From positions 1 to 56,208 of the forward strand of contig JAUXOE010000046.1 in the NCBI GenBank assembly GCA_030682415.1: a DNA stretch of 56,208 nucleotides, read 5' to 3'. Origin of the DNA: Parvibaculum sp. GTDB taxonomy: Bacteria > Pseudomonadota > Alphaproteobacteria > Parvibaculales > Parvibaculaceae. The notes under the pieces are model-generated. The model ran no database searches. It saw only the letters and a list, made by a program, of their open reading frames with translations, and was not told where the DNA came from. The first letter of the stretch is position 1, and each line of letters opens with the position of its first letter. Below, piece after piece: positions 1 through 12,219 of this stretch. A program made the translations under genes and the position numbers.

Positions 1-139
1 CCGAGTTATTCCGTACCCCTAGGTAGGTTCCCACGTGTTACTCACCCGTCTGCCACTCCCTCCGAAGAGGGCGTTCGACTTGCATGTGTTAAGCCTGCCG
101 CCAGCGTTCGTTCTGAGCCAGGATCAAACTCTCAAGTTG
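1..139 (-). rRNA. rrs: 16S rRNA, 5' end (partial, runs off the window start)
   Basis: Reverse complement reads AACTTGAGAGTTTGATCCTGGCTCAGAACGAACGCTGGCGGCAGGCTTAACACATGCAAGTCGAACG...GACGGGTGAGTAACACGTGGGAA. The 27F primer site is at 113-132. Exact mature 5' end is approximate. Confidence 0.98.
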
Positions 140-330
140 AGTTGATCCGACTGCTTCCTCGCGGGGAAAACCGCGAGGACTGACGCAAAATACACTCACA
201 TTCGTTGCCCGGCTTTCACCGGGTAACGGGGTATGTGTGTAGAAACATCAGACAGTCAGTATTCTGACGATCGGTATAAACCGATCTCGCCAGGACACCG
301 CCGTCCACGTTTCTCTTTCTCAAACCACAA

Positions 331-342
331 TGTCAAAGAGCA
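331..342 (-). promoter_or_regulatory. rrn antitermination boxA
   Basis: Minus strand TGCTCTTTGACA in the 16S leader; consensus TGCTCTTTAACA. Confidence 0.85.
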
Positions 343-567
343 CCTGAGTTTCACGACGCAATGAACGTCCCGAAACACCAGGGTCGCAACCGACCCGAAG
401 GACAGCCTTACCACCGCTTCCCTATGGAAGTCGGGGCCCTGCTGTCATCCATAATTGGATCGTTTACTAGGCCACAAAGAGTACGTCCAGGCAAGGCCCT
501 TCAAAACTCTTCACCTGAGGGGAAGCGTCGCACCCGGGGGCGGGACGCCGTGACCTCGTGGAGGCGG

Positions 568-596
568 TTTATAGGGAGGTCACCATAGCCTGTCAA
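568..596 (-). promoter_or_regulatory. rrn sigma70 promoter
   Basis: Minus strand TTGACA-N17-TATAAA followed by GC-rich discriminator CCGCCTCC, with A-tracts (UP-like) upstream at about 602-627. Confidence 0.85.
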
Positions 597-1042
597 ACCC
601 CTTTTTCGCGCTTTTCCCAAAAAAATCATGCCCTTTTGGCCTTGACTCGCAACACGCAATCGGTCCGACAGGGGCGAAGGCCGGCGTCAGTCGATTCGGA
701 ACCGTAACGGCTCGCATCCTGCACTTTATCGCCGTATGCGGGCGCGCTGCGCGTACTACTGTCCCACCTTGGCACAGGAAGACGCGCGGATGCGTCAGTC
801 GGCAGCGGATGGTAGCGTAGTTCAGAACAGGCGGCGGTATAAAAACCTTCATAAACAATGACTATAACCACTTTTATGCAGGGCTTTCGTTGACAGGGTT
901 GGCCGGATCGGGGCATCGTCTCAATTCACGACACGTTACATTTTGTTTCGGCGGCAGGGCAGCCGTTGGTTAAACAGGGGAGCGAAGACCGGACCTTAGG
1001 CAAACTTGCTAAGTATCGGTAATCGCACAGGGGACAGAGCGT

Positions 1043-2668
1043 TTGTTCGACACGGGGACGCAGGCAACAGACGGATTGAATCGCGGCGACGCCGGCATCG
1101 AGGCCGCAGCCGCACCGCAACCCCTGTGGCGCCGCGCCCGACGCAACGCACGGATTTCCTTGAAGTTTTACGCATCTGCCAGCCGCCTCGCCCTTGGGCA
1201 GTCGCGCTGGATCGCCGCTTCGGGCGCGCTGGGTGCGCTGTCGCTGGGGCTGGTGGGCATCGGCATGGCGACGCTGGTGGCGCCTTATGATGGCGTGGCG
1301 AGCGCGTCGCTGACGGCCGACCGGGCGCCGCGTGTGGTGGCCTTCGATCTTGATCGCGACGAGACGGACGGCCCCCGCGCGATCATTGCTCTTCAGCCCA
1401 CGGACGATTTCCACACCGCCTCGCTGGCCGATGCCGGCATGTTCACGGCCGAAATGACCGACGACCTGGCGGCGGCGGAAATCGTGCCCGCCGAACCGCG
1501 CGAGGTCGAAGTGAAGGTCGCGCTGGCCAGCGGCGAAACGCTGATGGAAGTGCTGGCCAAAGCCGGCGCCGACCGCATCGACGCCTATCACGCGGTCGCC
1601 GCGATGAGCGCGCATTACAGCCCGCGCAAATTGCGCGCCGGTCAGGAAATCTCGCTGAGTTTCATGGAACTCCCGGAAGGCGACGCGGAGCTCGACGGCG
1701 AGACGCCCGCGAAATATCTGACCGCGATCGCGCTGCAGCCCGACCTCGAACGCGCGATCGAGGTAACACGCGACGCCGACGGCAGCTTCAGCGGCCGCGA
1801 GACCATGCGCGAATTCACCGAAGGCTTCGCCCGCGCCGCCGGCACCATCGACAACTCGCTCTTCCTCGATGGCGAACGCGCCGGCCTGCCGCCCCAGATC
1901 ATCGTCGAGATGATCCGCATGTATTCCTACAGCGTCGACTTCCAGCGCGAAATCCAGCCGGGCGACAAGTTCGAAGTCTATTTCAGCCGCAAGTTCGACG
2001 AAAACAACACCCCCGTGAAAGCAGGCGATGTGCACTTTGCCTCGCTTTCGGTTGGCGGCAGGACGCACAAGCTCTGGCGCTTCGATCCGGGCGACGGCGT
2101 CTGGGATTATTTCGACGAGAACGGCCAGAGCATGAAGAAGTTTCTGATGAAGACGCCCGTCGACGGCGCGCGTCTCTCCTCGGGCTTCGGCATGCGCAAG
2201 CATCCGATCCTCGGCTATTCGCGCCTGCATGGCGGTGTCGACTTCGCCGCGCCGACCGGCACCCCGATCTATGCGGCCGGCGACGGCACCGTGCAGCGCG
2301 CCAATCGCTTCGGCGGATATGGCAACTACATTTCGATCCGTCACGCCAATGGTTATGAAACGGCCTACGCGCATCTCAACGGTTTCGCGCGCGGCGTTCG
2401 CGCCGGAACGCGCGTGCGTCAGGGCCAGGTGATCGGCTATGTCGGCTCGACCGGCGCCTCGACCGGCCCGCATCTTCACTACGAAGTGCATCTGAACGGC
2501 AAGAAGATGAACCCGCTGGCGCTGAAGGTGCCGACCGGGCGCAAGCTCGAAGGGGCGCAGCTCGCCGCCTTCAAGGCGCAGCGTGAAACGCTCGCCACGC
2601 AGATGGCCGAGGCCCCGACCACGACCCGCATGGCCCGCGCCAGCGCCGATTCCGACACCGCCAACTGA
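1043..2668 (+). CDS. M23 family (LytM) peptidoglycan DD-endopeptidase, MepM/RgsM-like, N-terminal membrane anchor
   Basis: HGGVDF (HxxxD), YAHL and STGPHLHYE motifs; hydrophobic segment near aa 58-80; TTG start with purine-rich RBS. Confidence 0.93.
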   Translation: MFDTGTQATDGLNRGDAGIEAAAAPQPLWRRARRNARISLKFYASASRLALGQSRWIAASGALGALSLGLVGIGMATLVAPYDGVASASLTADRAPRVVAFDLDRDETDGPRAIIALQPTDDFHTASLADAGMFTAEMTDDLAAAEIVPAEPREVEVKVALASGETLMEVLAKAGADRIDAYHAVAAMSAHYSPRKLRAGQEISLSFMELPEGDAELDGETPAKYLTAIALQPDLERAIEVTRDADGSFSGRETMREFTEGFARAAGTIDNSLFLDGERAGLPPQIIVEMIRMYSYSVDFQREIQPGDKFEVYFSRKFDENNTPVKAGDVHFASLSVGGRTHKLWRFDPGDGVWDYFDENGQSMKKFLMKTPVDGARLSSGFGMRKHPILGYSRLHGGVDFAAPTGTPIYAAGDGTVQRANRFGGYGNYISIRHANGYETAYAHLNGFARGVRAGTRVRQGQVIGYVGSTGASTGPHLHYEVHLNGKKMNPLALKVPTGRKLEGAQLAAFKAQRETLATQMAEAPTTTRMARASADSDTAN

Positions 2669-2750
2669 GCAGACCATCCGGACACGGATGATCCCCGGCA
2701 GGGCCTTTTTCCGCTGTTTTTGACAGCGGAATCGGCTGCAGACCCCCCCT

Positions 2751-2783
2751 CTGTCACGAAACTGTCATAAATCTGTCACAAAT
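2751..2783 (+). promoter_or_regulatory. Pho box-like operator (three 11-bp direct repeats)
   Basis: CTGTCACGAAA CTGTCATAAAT CTGTCACAAAT; 2762-2779 matches the PhoB consensus CTGTCAT-AAAT-CTGTCAC exactly. Confidence 0.8.
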
Positions 2784-2839
2784 CCCCGCGCGGCATATTT
2801 ATCCCGCAGCGATAGCCGGCTTATCCCCGCATCGGCACC

Positions 2840-2935
2840 GAATTCGGAGACGATCCCGGAGACCTGCGCGTAGACATATGCGGAGACCAATTCGGCGACG
2901 CGGAAGGAGACGAATTCGGGGACGGGGAGAGAGAC
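2840..2935 (+). repeat. 8 x 12-bp degenerate tandem array, consensus NNNNNCGGAGAC
   Basis: Units GAATTCGGAGAC, GATCCCGGAGAC, CTGCGCGTAGAC, ATATGCGGAGAC, CAATTCGGCGAC, GCGGAAGGAGAC, GAATTCGGGGAC, GGGGAGAGAGAC; GAC recurs at an exact 12-nt period. Confidence 0.9.
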
Positions 2936-3030
2936 AAATGCCGCACGTTTTTTGTCACACCCGCCGCCCTCCCCTCTCGCCCGGTTGATCGACACCCCGC
3001 CATCGACCGGCATCGCCGCACCGAACGCAG

Positions 3031-3069
3031 AAACAAAAAGGCCGCCGGTGACCCGGCGGCCTTTGTTTT
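3031..3069. terminator. Bidirectional intrinsic terminator (clpB 3' end)
   Basis: AAAGGCCGCCGG-TGAC-CCGGCGGCCTTT stem with an A-tract on the left and a T-tract on the right. Confidence 0.9.
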
Positions 3070-3087
3070 GCGCAGCGGCGTGTGGGC

Positions 3088-5715
<2,628 letters not shown>

Positions 5716-5804
5716 GTGTCGTCCTTTCAAGCACGCCCCGGACGAAATCCGTGCGCCTTATCCCAATCCCGGCCCGGCCCTCAAAAGGCACCGGCCCCAA
5801 CCGA

Positions 5805-5833
5805 ATATTGGTGTTGCTTATCGGTCACACAAG
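5805..5833 (-). promoter_or_regulatory. Putative RpoH (sigma32) promoter of clpB
   Basis: Minus strand CTTGTG-N16-CCAATAT, similar to alphaproteobacterial CTTGAA-N15/16-CCTATAT, upstream of a heat-shock gene. Confidence 0.6.
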
Positions 5834-5912
5834 AGGCAATCTCCTGCCAGTTTGTCGCAGAAACCTGCCGAATTCGTGAACAAGGGCAGCGGAAAAACAG
5901 GACGGGCGAGGC

Positions 5913-6683
5913 ATGGGAGACGGTGCGGCAATCGTGAACCTCTATCGCTACCCGGTCAAAGGACTTTCGCCGGAGCCGCTCGGCGAGGTGACGCTCGAAA
6001 AGGGCGAGACCTTTCCCTTCGACCGCGCCTTCGCCATCGAGAACGGCTCGGCCGACTTCGATCCCGCGGCGCCGAAGCACTTCCCCAAGATCAAGTTCCT
6101 GATGCTGATGAAAAACGAGCGGCTGGCGAAGCTGAAGACCCGCTTCGACGACGCCACGACAACGCTGCATGTGACGCTGGAGGGCCGCGAGCGCCTGGCC
6201 GCCAATCTGATGACGGCGGAGGGCCGCGCGGCACTGGAGGCGTTCATGGCCGACTATATGGCGGACGAACTGCGCGGACCGCCGCGCCTTGCCCATGCGC
6301 CCGGTTTTTCACATTCCGACGCACCGGCGAAACTGGTCTCGATCATCAATCTCGCCAGCGTGCGGGCGCTGGAGGAGAAAATCGGCCGCAAGATCGATCC
6401 GCTGCGCTTTCGCGGCAATGTCTATGTGGAGGGGCTCGAACCCTTCGCGGATCACGACTGGGTGGAGCGGCGCTTCCGCATCGGCGAGGCGGGCTTCAAG
6501 GGCGTTCACAAGACGGTGCGCTGCGCGGCAACCAATGTCGATCCGGTGAGCGGCGCCCGCGACATGGAAATCCCGGCAACGCTGATGCGCCATTGGGGCC
6601 ATGCCGATCTCGGCCTCTATGCCCATGTGAAATCGCCGGGCACGATCCGGCCCGGCGACACACTCATCCTGGAAGACGCATAG
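5913..6683 (+). CDS. MOSC domain protein (YcbX/mARC-like)
   Basis: LYRYPVKG, FDRAFA, RFRGN, RCAATNVDP and G-I-PGD motifs. Confidence 0.92.
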   Translation: MGDGAAIVNLYRYPVKGLSPEPLGEVTLEKGETFPFDRAFAIENGSADFDPAAPKHFPKIKFLMLMKNERLAKLKTRFDDATTTLHVTLEGRERLAANLMTAEGRAALEAFMADYMADELRGPPRLAHAPGFSHSDAPAKLVSIINLASVRALEEKIGRKIDPLRFRGNVYVEGLEPFADHDWVERRFRIGEAGFKGVHKTVRCAATNVDPVSGARDMEIPATLMRHWGHADLGLYAHVKSPGTIRPGDTLILEDA

Positions 6684-6691
6684 CCTGAACG

Positions 6692-7384
6692 TCAGTCGCC
6701 CGGTGCGACCTCGGGCGTCCTGGCGGGTGCATCGCTGCCACCGCCTTCGGCCCGCGTTTCGTCATTGCGGGGTTCGCCCGGCCCTTCGCCACGCGGACGG
6801 CGACGGCGGCCCTGACGGCGGCGCGGCTGCTGGCCTTCGCCCGGCTCGCCTTGCGGCTGCTCGCCCTGCCGGTCCGCCAGCTGACGATCCGGCTGCCGGT
6901 CGTCACCCTCATCGTCATCGCCATCGTCGGGATTCGGCTGGTGCTGGCCGCCATTCGCCTGACCGCCGCCCTGCTGCCCATTGCCATTGCCACCCGACTG
7001 GTGCCAGGGCTGGCCCGGATGACGCGGCTGCGGCTGATTGTCGGCCGTGAAATCGGTCTCTTCCTCCTCGTCCTCCGGCGGACGATAGGCCAGATTGCTC
7101 GGCGACCGGGTCTGCCCCTCCTGCCCCGTCTGGGCAGCCATCAGCAGCCGGTAATAGTGCTCTGCATGCTGAAAGTAGTTTTCGGCCATCACGCGGTCGC
7201 CGGCCGAGATCGCGTCGCGCGCAAGCTGCTGATACTTCTCGCAGACCGTTGCGGCGGTACCCCGGACCTTCACATCCGGCCCGTTGCTGTCATAGGCGCG
7301 GTTGGCCGAATGCTGCGGCCTGCCATTATTGTTGCGTCCACCGCGTCCGCGCGAGCGCTTGGCGTTGTTTTGCCCTTGCCTCAT
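6692..7384 (-). CDS. DUF4167 domain protein with disordered C-terminal tail
   Basis: MRQGQ..KRSRGR, YDSNGPDVKVRGTA..EKYQQLARDA..GDRVMAENYFQHAEHYYR; start reset to 7384. Confidence 0.92.
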   Translation of the reverse strand: MRQGQNNAKRSRGRGGRNNNGRPQHSANRAYDSNGPDVKVRGTAATVCEKYQQLARDAISAGDRVMAENYFQHAEHYYRLLMAAQTGQEGQTRSPSNLAYRPPEDEEEETDFTADNQPQPRHPGQPWHQSGGNGNGQQGGGQANGGQHQPNPDDGDDDEGDDRQPDRQLADRQGEQPQGEPGEGQQPRRRQGRRRRPRGEGPGEPRNDETRAEGGGSDAPARTPEVAPGD

Positions 7385-7760
7385 ATGATCTGATTTCTCG
7401 TCATTGGTTACGCTGGAATCCTGTTCAAAGCCCGTCCGCCGCACCGGCCGCAGGGTCCGTTTCCGAACCGCGCATCCACGCGAGTGGACTTCCCCAGCAC
7501 ACACAGACGACCGGCCTCATCGGCGCGGCCCGTTTGGATGCTAAGAAGTTCTGGCCCGGTATCCTTGCCCAGCCCCTGGGCACCGACGGATATGTTCGGG
7601 CGATTACCTTGTCCGGGCCACCTCAAGCGCCACCGAACCCCGCCCGATCAACGGATTTTCCGCCCCGGGCATATCCCTCTTCTCGGAAGACGGTCTTCAT
7701 ATCGGAGGAGGGGGTTCGAAGAGCGAGGCGATACCGGCTCGGCTCATTGTCCCTGTAACG

Positions 7761-7789
7761 AACCTAGCCGCTGGGACGCCGGATTCCAA
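7761..7789 (-). promoter_or_regulatory. Putative sigma70 promoter of the DUF4167 gene
   Basis: Minus strand TTGGAA-N17-TAGGTT just after the prmC stop. Confidence 0.55.
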
Positions 7790-7820
7790 ACGATTTCTTT
7801 CCGTCCCGATAAAGGAAATT

Positions 7821-8683
7821 TCAGCCTTTTTGCCGTTTTTCGGGCGCCAACCCTGCGACAAGGACGCGCGGCACGCCGGCCAGGTCGGCAAGGGTCCGCG
7901 TCGCCGAAAATCCACCCGCATCGAAAAGCGCCGCCACCGCCGCGGCCTGGCCGACACCGAGTTCGATAACGGCATGACCGCCCGGTTTCAGAACCGGCGG
8001 CAGGGCCAGCGCAAGCGCGCGATAGGCATCGAGCCCGTCGGCGCCGCCATCAAGCGCGCGACGCGGATCGTGGTCGCGCACATCCCGGTCGAGCGTGGCG
8101 ATCTCGGCGCTGGCGATATAGGGCGGATTGGACAGCACCAGATCGAACGGCCCGGCGACGCCGGCCGTCCAGTCGGCCTGCAGAAATTCGGCGCGCGGCG
8201 CCAGACCGAGAGCCGCCGCATTGGCCTGTGCGACAGCGAGCGCGTCGGCCGAAATGTCGATGCCGAGACCGTGCGCATCGGCGCGCTCGTGAAGCACGGC
8301 CAGCAGCAGGCAACCCGAGCCCGTGCCGAGATCGAGGATCCGCGGCGCCTCGATCCCGCGCAGCAGGTCGAGCGCGGCGGCGACCAGCGTTTCGCTGTCG
8401 GGGCGCGGATCGAGCACGGCCGGCGTGACCGCAAATTCGAGACCCCAGAATTCGCGCCGGCCCAGAATGCGCGAAACCGGCTCGCCGGCCAGACGTCGCG
8501 TCTCGAAGGACGCCAGTACCGCCTCTTCGGCCGCGGTGATGAAGGCGCCGGGTTCGCGGATCATTTCGATTTCGCTCGCCCCGGTTACGCCGCGCACCAG
8601 CAAGCGCGCGTCGAGCTCAGGCGTCGGAAGCCCCGCCTGTTTCAACCGCCAGCCCAGCATCCGGGCCGCATGATCGCGCGTGT

Positions 8684-8687
<4 letters not shown>
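7821..8687 (-). CDS. prmC: Release factor glutamine methyltransferase
   Basis: [22 protein letters not shown]; GTGA overlap with prfA. Confidence 0.97.
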
Positions 8688-9751
<1,064 letters not shown>

Positions 9752-9809
9752 GTCGGACAAGGAACCTGGAAAATGAAAAAGCAAAAGGCGGGAACGAAAA
9801 CCGGCCTCG

Positions 9810-10967
9810 CTAGGCGCCGGCCAGCGCCTTCGGCGCGGCAGCCGTTTCGGCCGCCTCGGCCGCTTCGCGCGCGGCCTCTATTTCCCGTGCCTTGGCCTCG
9901 ACCAGTCCGACGAGATGTTCGACGATCTCCTCGTTGCGGATCTTGTGATCGGTGAGGCCGGCGAGATAGACCATGCCCGCGCCGGCGCCGCCGCCGGTGA
10001 AACCGATATCGGTCTGCTCGGCCTCGCCCGGCCCGTTGACGACGCAGCCGATCACCGACAGCGACATCGGCGTTGCGATATGGGCAAGACGCTCCTCGAG
10101 CACCCGGACGGTGCCGATGACGTCGAAGCCCTGCCGCGCGCAGGAGGGGCAGGAAATGATGGTGACGCCGCGATGGCGCAACCCGAGCGACTTCAGAATA
10201 TCGAAGCCGACCTTGACCTCCTCGACGGGATCGGCCGAAAGCGAAACGCGGATCGTGTCGCCGATGCCGCTCCAGAGCAGCATGCCGAGACCGATGGCGG
10301 ATTTGACCGTGCCGGTCATCAGCCCGCCCGCCTCGGTGACGCCGATATGCAGCGGACAGTCGATGGCCTCGGCCAATTGCTGATAGGCGGCGACCGTCAG
10401 GAACGGATCGGAAGCTTTGACGCTGATCTTGAATTCGTGGAAATCGTGATCCTGCAGGATGCGCGCATGGTCGAGTGCGCTTTCGACCATCGCCTCGGGA
10501 CAGGGCTCGCCATATTTCTCCAGCAGGTCGCGTTCCAGCGAACCGGCATTGACGCCGATGCGCATGGAGCAGCCATGATCCTTGGCCGCCTGGATGACCT
10601 CGCGCACCCGCGCTCCGGAACCGATATTGCCGGGATTGATCCTGAGGCAGGCCGCACCCGCCTGCGCCGCCTCGATGGCCCGGCGGTAGTGGAAATGAAT
10701 ATCGGCGACGATCGGAATTCTGGTGGCGCGGACGATTTCGCCAAGTGCGGCGGTCGAGGCCTCGTCGGGACAGGAAACCCGCACGATGTCGCAACCCGCT
10801 TCCTCGATCAGGCGGATCTGTTCGATCGTCGCCTTTGCATCCGAGGTCAGCGTGTTGGTCATGGTCTGGACGGAAATCGGCGCATCGCCTCCCACCGGCA
10901 CCGATCCCACATGGATCTGCCGGCTGGGACGGCGCGCGATATCGCGCCAGGGTCTGATGCTGCTCAT
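9810..10967 (-). CDS. ispG: HMBPP synthase (GcpE)
   Basis: [29 protein letters not shown] and GCVVNGPGE Fe-S motifs. Confidence 0.98.
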   Translation of the reverse strand: MSSIRPWRDIARRPSRQIHVGSVPVGGDAPISVQTMTNTLTSDAKATIEQIRLIEEAGCDIVRVSCPDEASTAALGEIVRATRIPIVADIHFHYRRAIEAAQAGAACLRINPGNIGSGARVREVIQAAKDHGCSMRIGVNAGSLERDLLEKYGEPCPEAMVESALDHARILQDHDFHEFKISVKASDPFLTVAAYQQLAEAIDCPLHIGVTEAGGLMTGTVKSAIGLGMLLWSGIGDTIRVSLSADPVEEVKVGFDILKSLGLRHRGVTIISCPSCARQGFDVIGTVRVLEERLAHIATPMSLSVIGCVVNGPGEAEQTDIGFTGGGAGAGMVYLAGLTDHKIRNEEIVEHLVGLVEAKAREIEAAREAAEAAETAAAPKALAGA

Positions 10968-11091
10968 GACTTCACGATCCGTCCGTTCACTGGACGTTAT
11001 GCCGAAAAAACCCGCAAGGCGCCGCGCATGACGCTGCCTTGCTCATCTTCATATCAGAATATCAGAAATGCGGCGTTTCCGTGAAAGCCGT

Positions 11092-12219
11092 CTATTCGAC
11101 CGCCGTATCGCCCGTAACGGTGTCCGCGACCGCGGGTTTCGGCATCCCCGCCAGCAGATCGGCCACATAGAGCGACTTGCCGGTCAGGACCAGTGTCGAC
11201 GGGCCGGCAAGGCCCAACGACTGGCCATCGACCATCAGTTCGAAGGCGCTGGCGTCGCGCGCCACCAGAATGACGCCCGGCTGGCTCGGCGCGCGATAGC
11301 TGTCGCCGACCTGGAAAACCCGCTCGATCAGCACCTTGCCCGCCGCGTCCTCGACGCGAATCCAGGCGCCATTGCGCCGCGCGCGCACAACGACACGGCC
11401 GTCGACATTCTCGGCGCCATAAGGCGTGCCGTCCGGCAAGGGCGGCAACACGGTCGAAACTTCCTCGGAAAGTGCCGCCAGCTCCATCTCCTCGACCGCC
11501 GCTTCGGCGGCCTCGGCCTCGGCTTCCTCGCTGCTGATGCGCGCCGGCTCGTAAACGCTTTCAGGTGCAAGAACCGCATCGGCGGACGGCATCGGCGCAA
11601 TGCCCGACATACGCACCGCCGGCACATCGCCCACGCCCGGCGTCGATGCAGACGCGCTGTCGCCGCGCGGCGAAACGGCGCTGCCCGGAACGGCCGGCGC
11701 CGTTGCCGCGACCGGACGCTCAAGCGTCGCCGGTCCGCGCGCGGCCATCATTTCATCGGTCGATTTCGTCAACAGCCAGCCGCCATAGGCACCGGCGGTA
11801 ACGACGGCCAGCACGATCAGGAACGTGCCCTTGGGCAGACGCCGTTCTTCGGCAATGTCGGGGAAACTCGGAGCGGCGATGATCGCCGCCGCATCGTCCA
11901 GTTCGGCCTTGTAGCGTTCGACGACAAGGCGGCTGTCGAGGCCGAGATATTCCGCATAGGAACGAACGAAGCCGATGGCATAGGCGCGCGCCGGCAGATC
12001 CGCGTTGCGGCCTTCCTCGATGGCCTCAAGCTGGCCGCGGCTGATGCGAAGGGATTGTGAGATCGCGCGCAGATCCTCGCCGCGGCGCAAGCGCACATTG
12101 CGCAGTTCAGCGCCCACGGTGTCGGTCGCGTCGGACAATTCATTGGTGATGTCACGCAGATGCAATCTGCGTCGTGCGTCCGGCCGCTCTTCAGTGGGCA
12201 GCATCGTGACCTTGTTCAT
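11092..12219 (-). CDS. rodZ: RodZ-type cytoskeleton protein (HTH, TM, DUF4115)
   Basis: N-terminal HTH (LEAIEEG..LP..AYAIGFVRSYAEYLGLD), one TM helix, C-terminal WIRVED..GDSY domain; lies upstream of ispG. Confidence 0.85.
   Translation of the reverse strand: MNKVTMLPTEERPDARRRLHLRDITNELSDATDTVGAELRNVRLRRGEDLRAISQSLRISRGQLEAIEEGRNADLPARAYAIGFVRSYAEYLGLDSRLVVERYKAELDDAAAIIAAPSFPDIAEERRLPKGTFLIVLAVVTAGAYGGWLLTKSTDEMMAARGPATLERPVAATAPAVPGSAVSPRGDSASASTPGVGDVPAVRMSGIAPMPSADAVLAPESVYEPARISSEEAEAEAAEAAVEEMELAALSEEVSTVLPPLPDGTPYGAENVDGRVVVRARRNGAWIRVEDAAGKVLIERVFQVGDSYRAPSQPGVILVARDASAFELMVDGQSLGLAGPSTLVLTGKSLYVADLLAGMPKPAVADTVTGDTAVE

Larger units (their letters stand above)
2805..3069 (+). ncRNA. 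Candidate Pho-box-driven sRNA or small-peptide transcript
   Basis: Bounded by the Pho box plus a possible -10 (CATATT 2794-2799) and a terminator at 3037-3069; contains the GGAGAC array and hairpin 2981-3010. Inferred; no expression data. Confidence 0.4.

Noticed and set aside
811-870. GGTAGCGTAGTTCAG, resembling a tRNA 5' end
   Set aside because: No T-loop GGTTCGA and no acceptor-stem complement.
361-916. Short ORFs in the rrn leader and promoter region
   Set aside because: They overlap the rRNA promoter and leader and have no RBS or recognisable motifs.
926-2677. 583-aa minus-strand ORF and similar long shadow ORFs (3082-4329, 12501-14786, 23133-24473, 26351-28159, 28412-29953)
   Set aside because: Antisense to recognisable genes, no motifs; expected from GC-rich codon bias.
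2840-2935. 12-bp array read as a CRISPR array or as an xxGD-repeat protein
   Set aside because: Units are far too short for CRISPR and no cas genes are present. The xxGD frame has a TAG at 2813 and no ATG/GTG/TTG start before the array.
2953-2979. TGTCACA as a second ECF41 promoter
   Set aside because: No CGTC at 16-nt spacing; the same holds for the copy at 2774.
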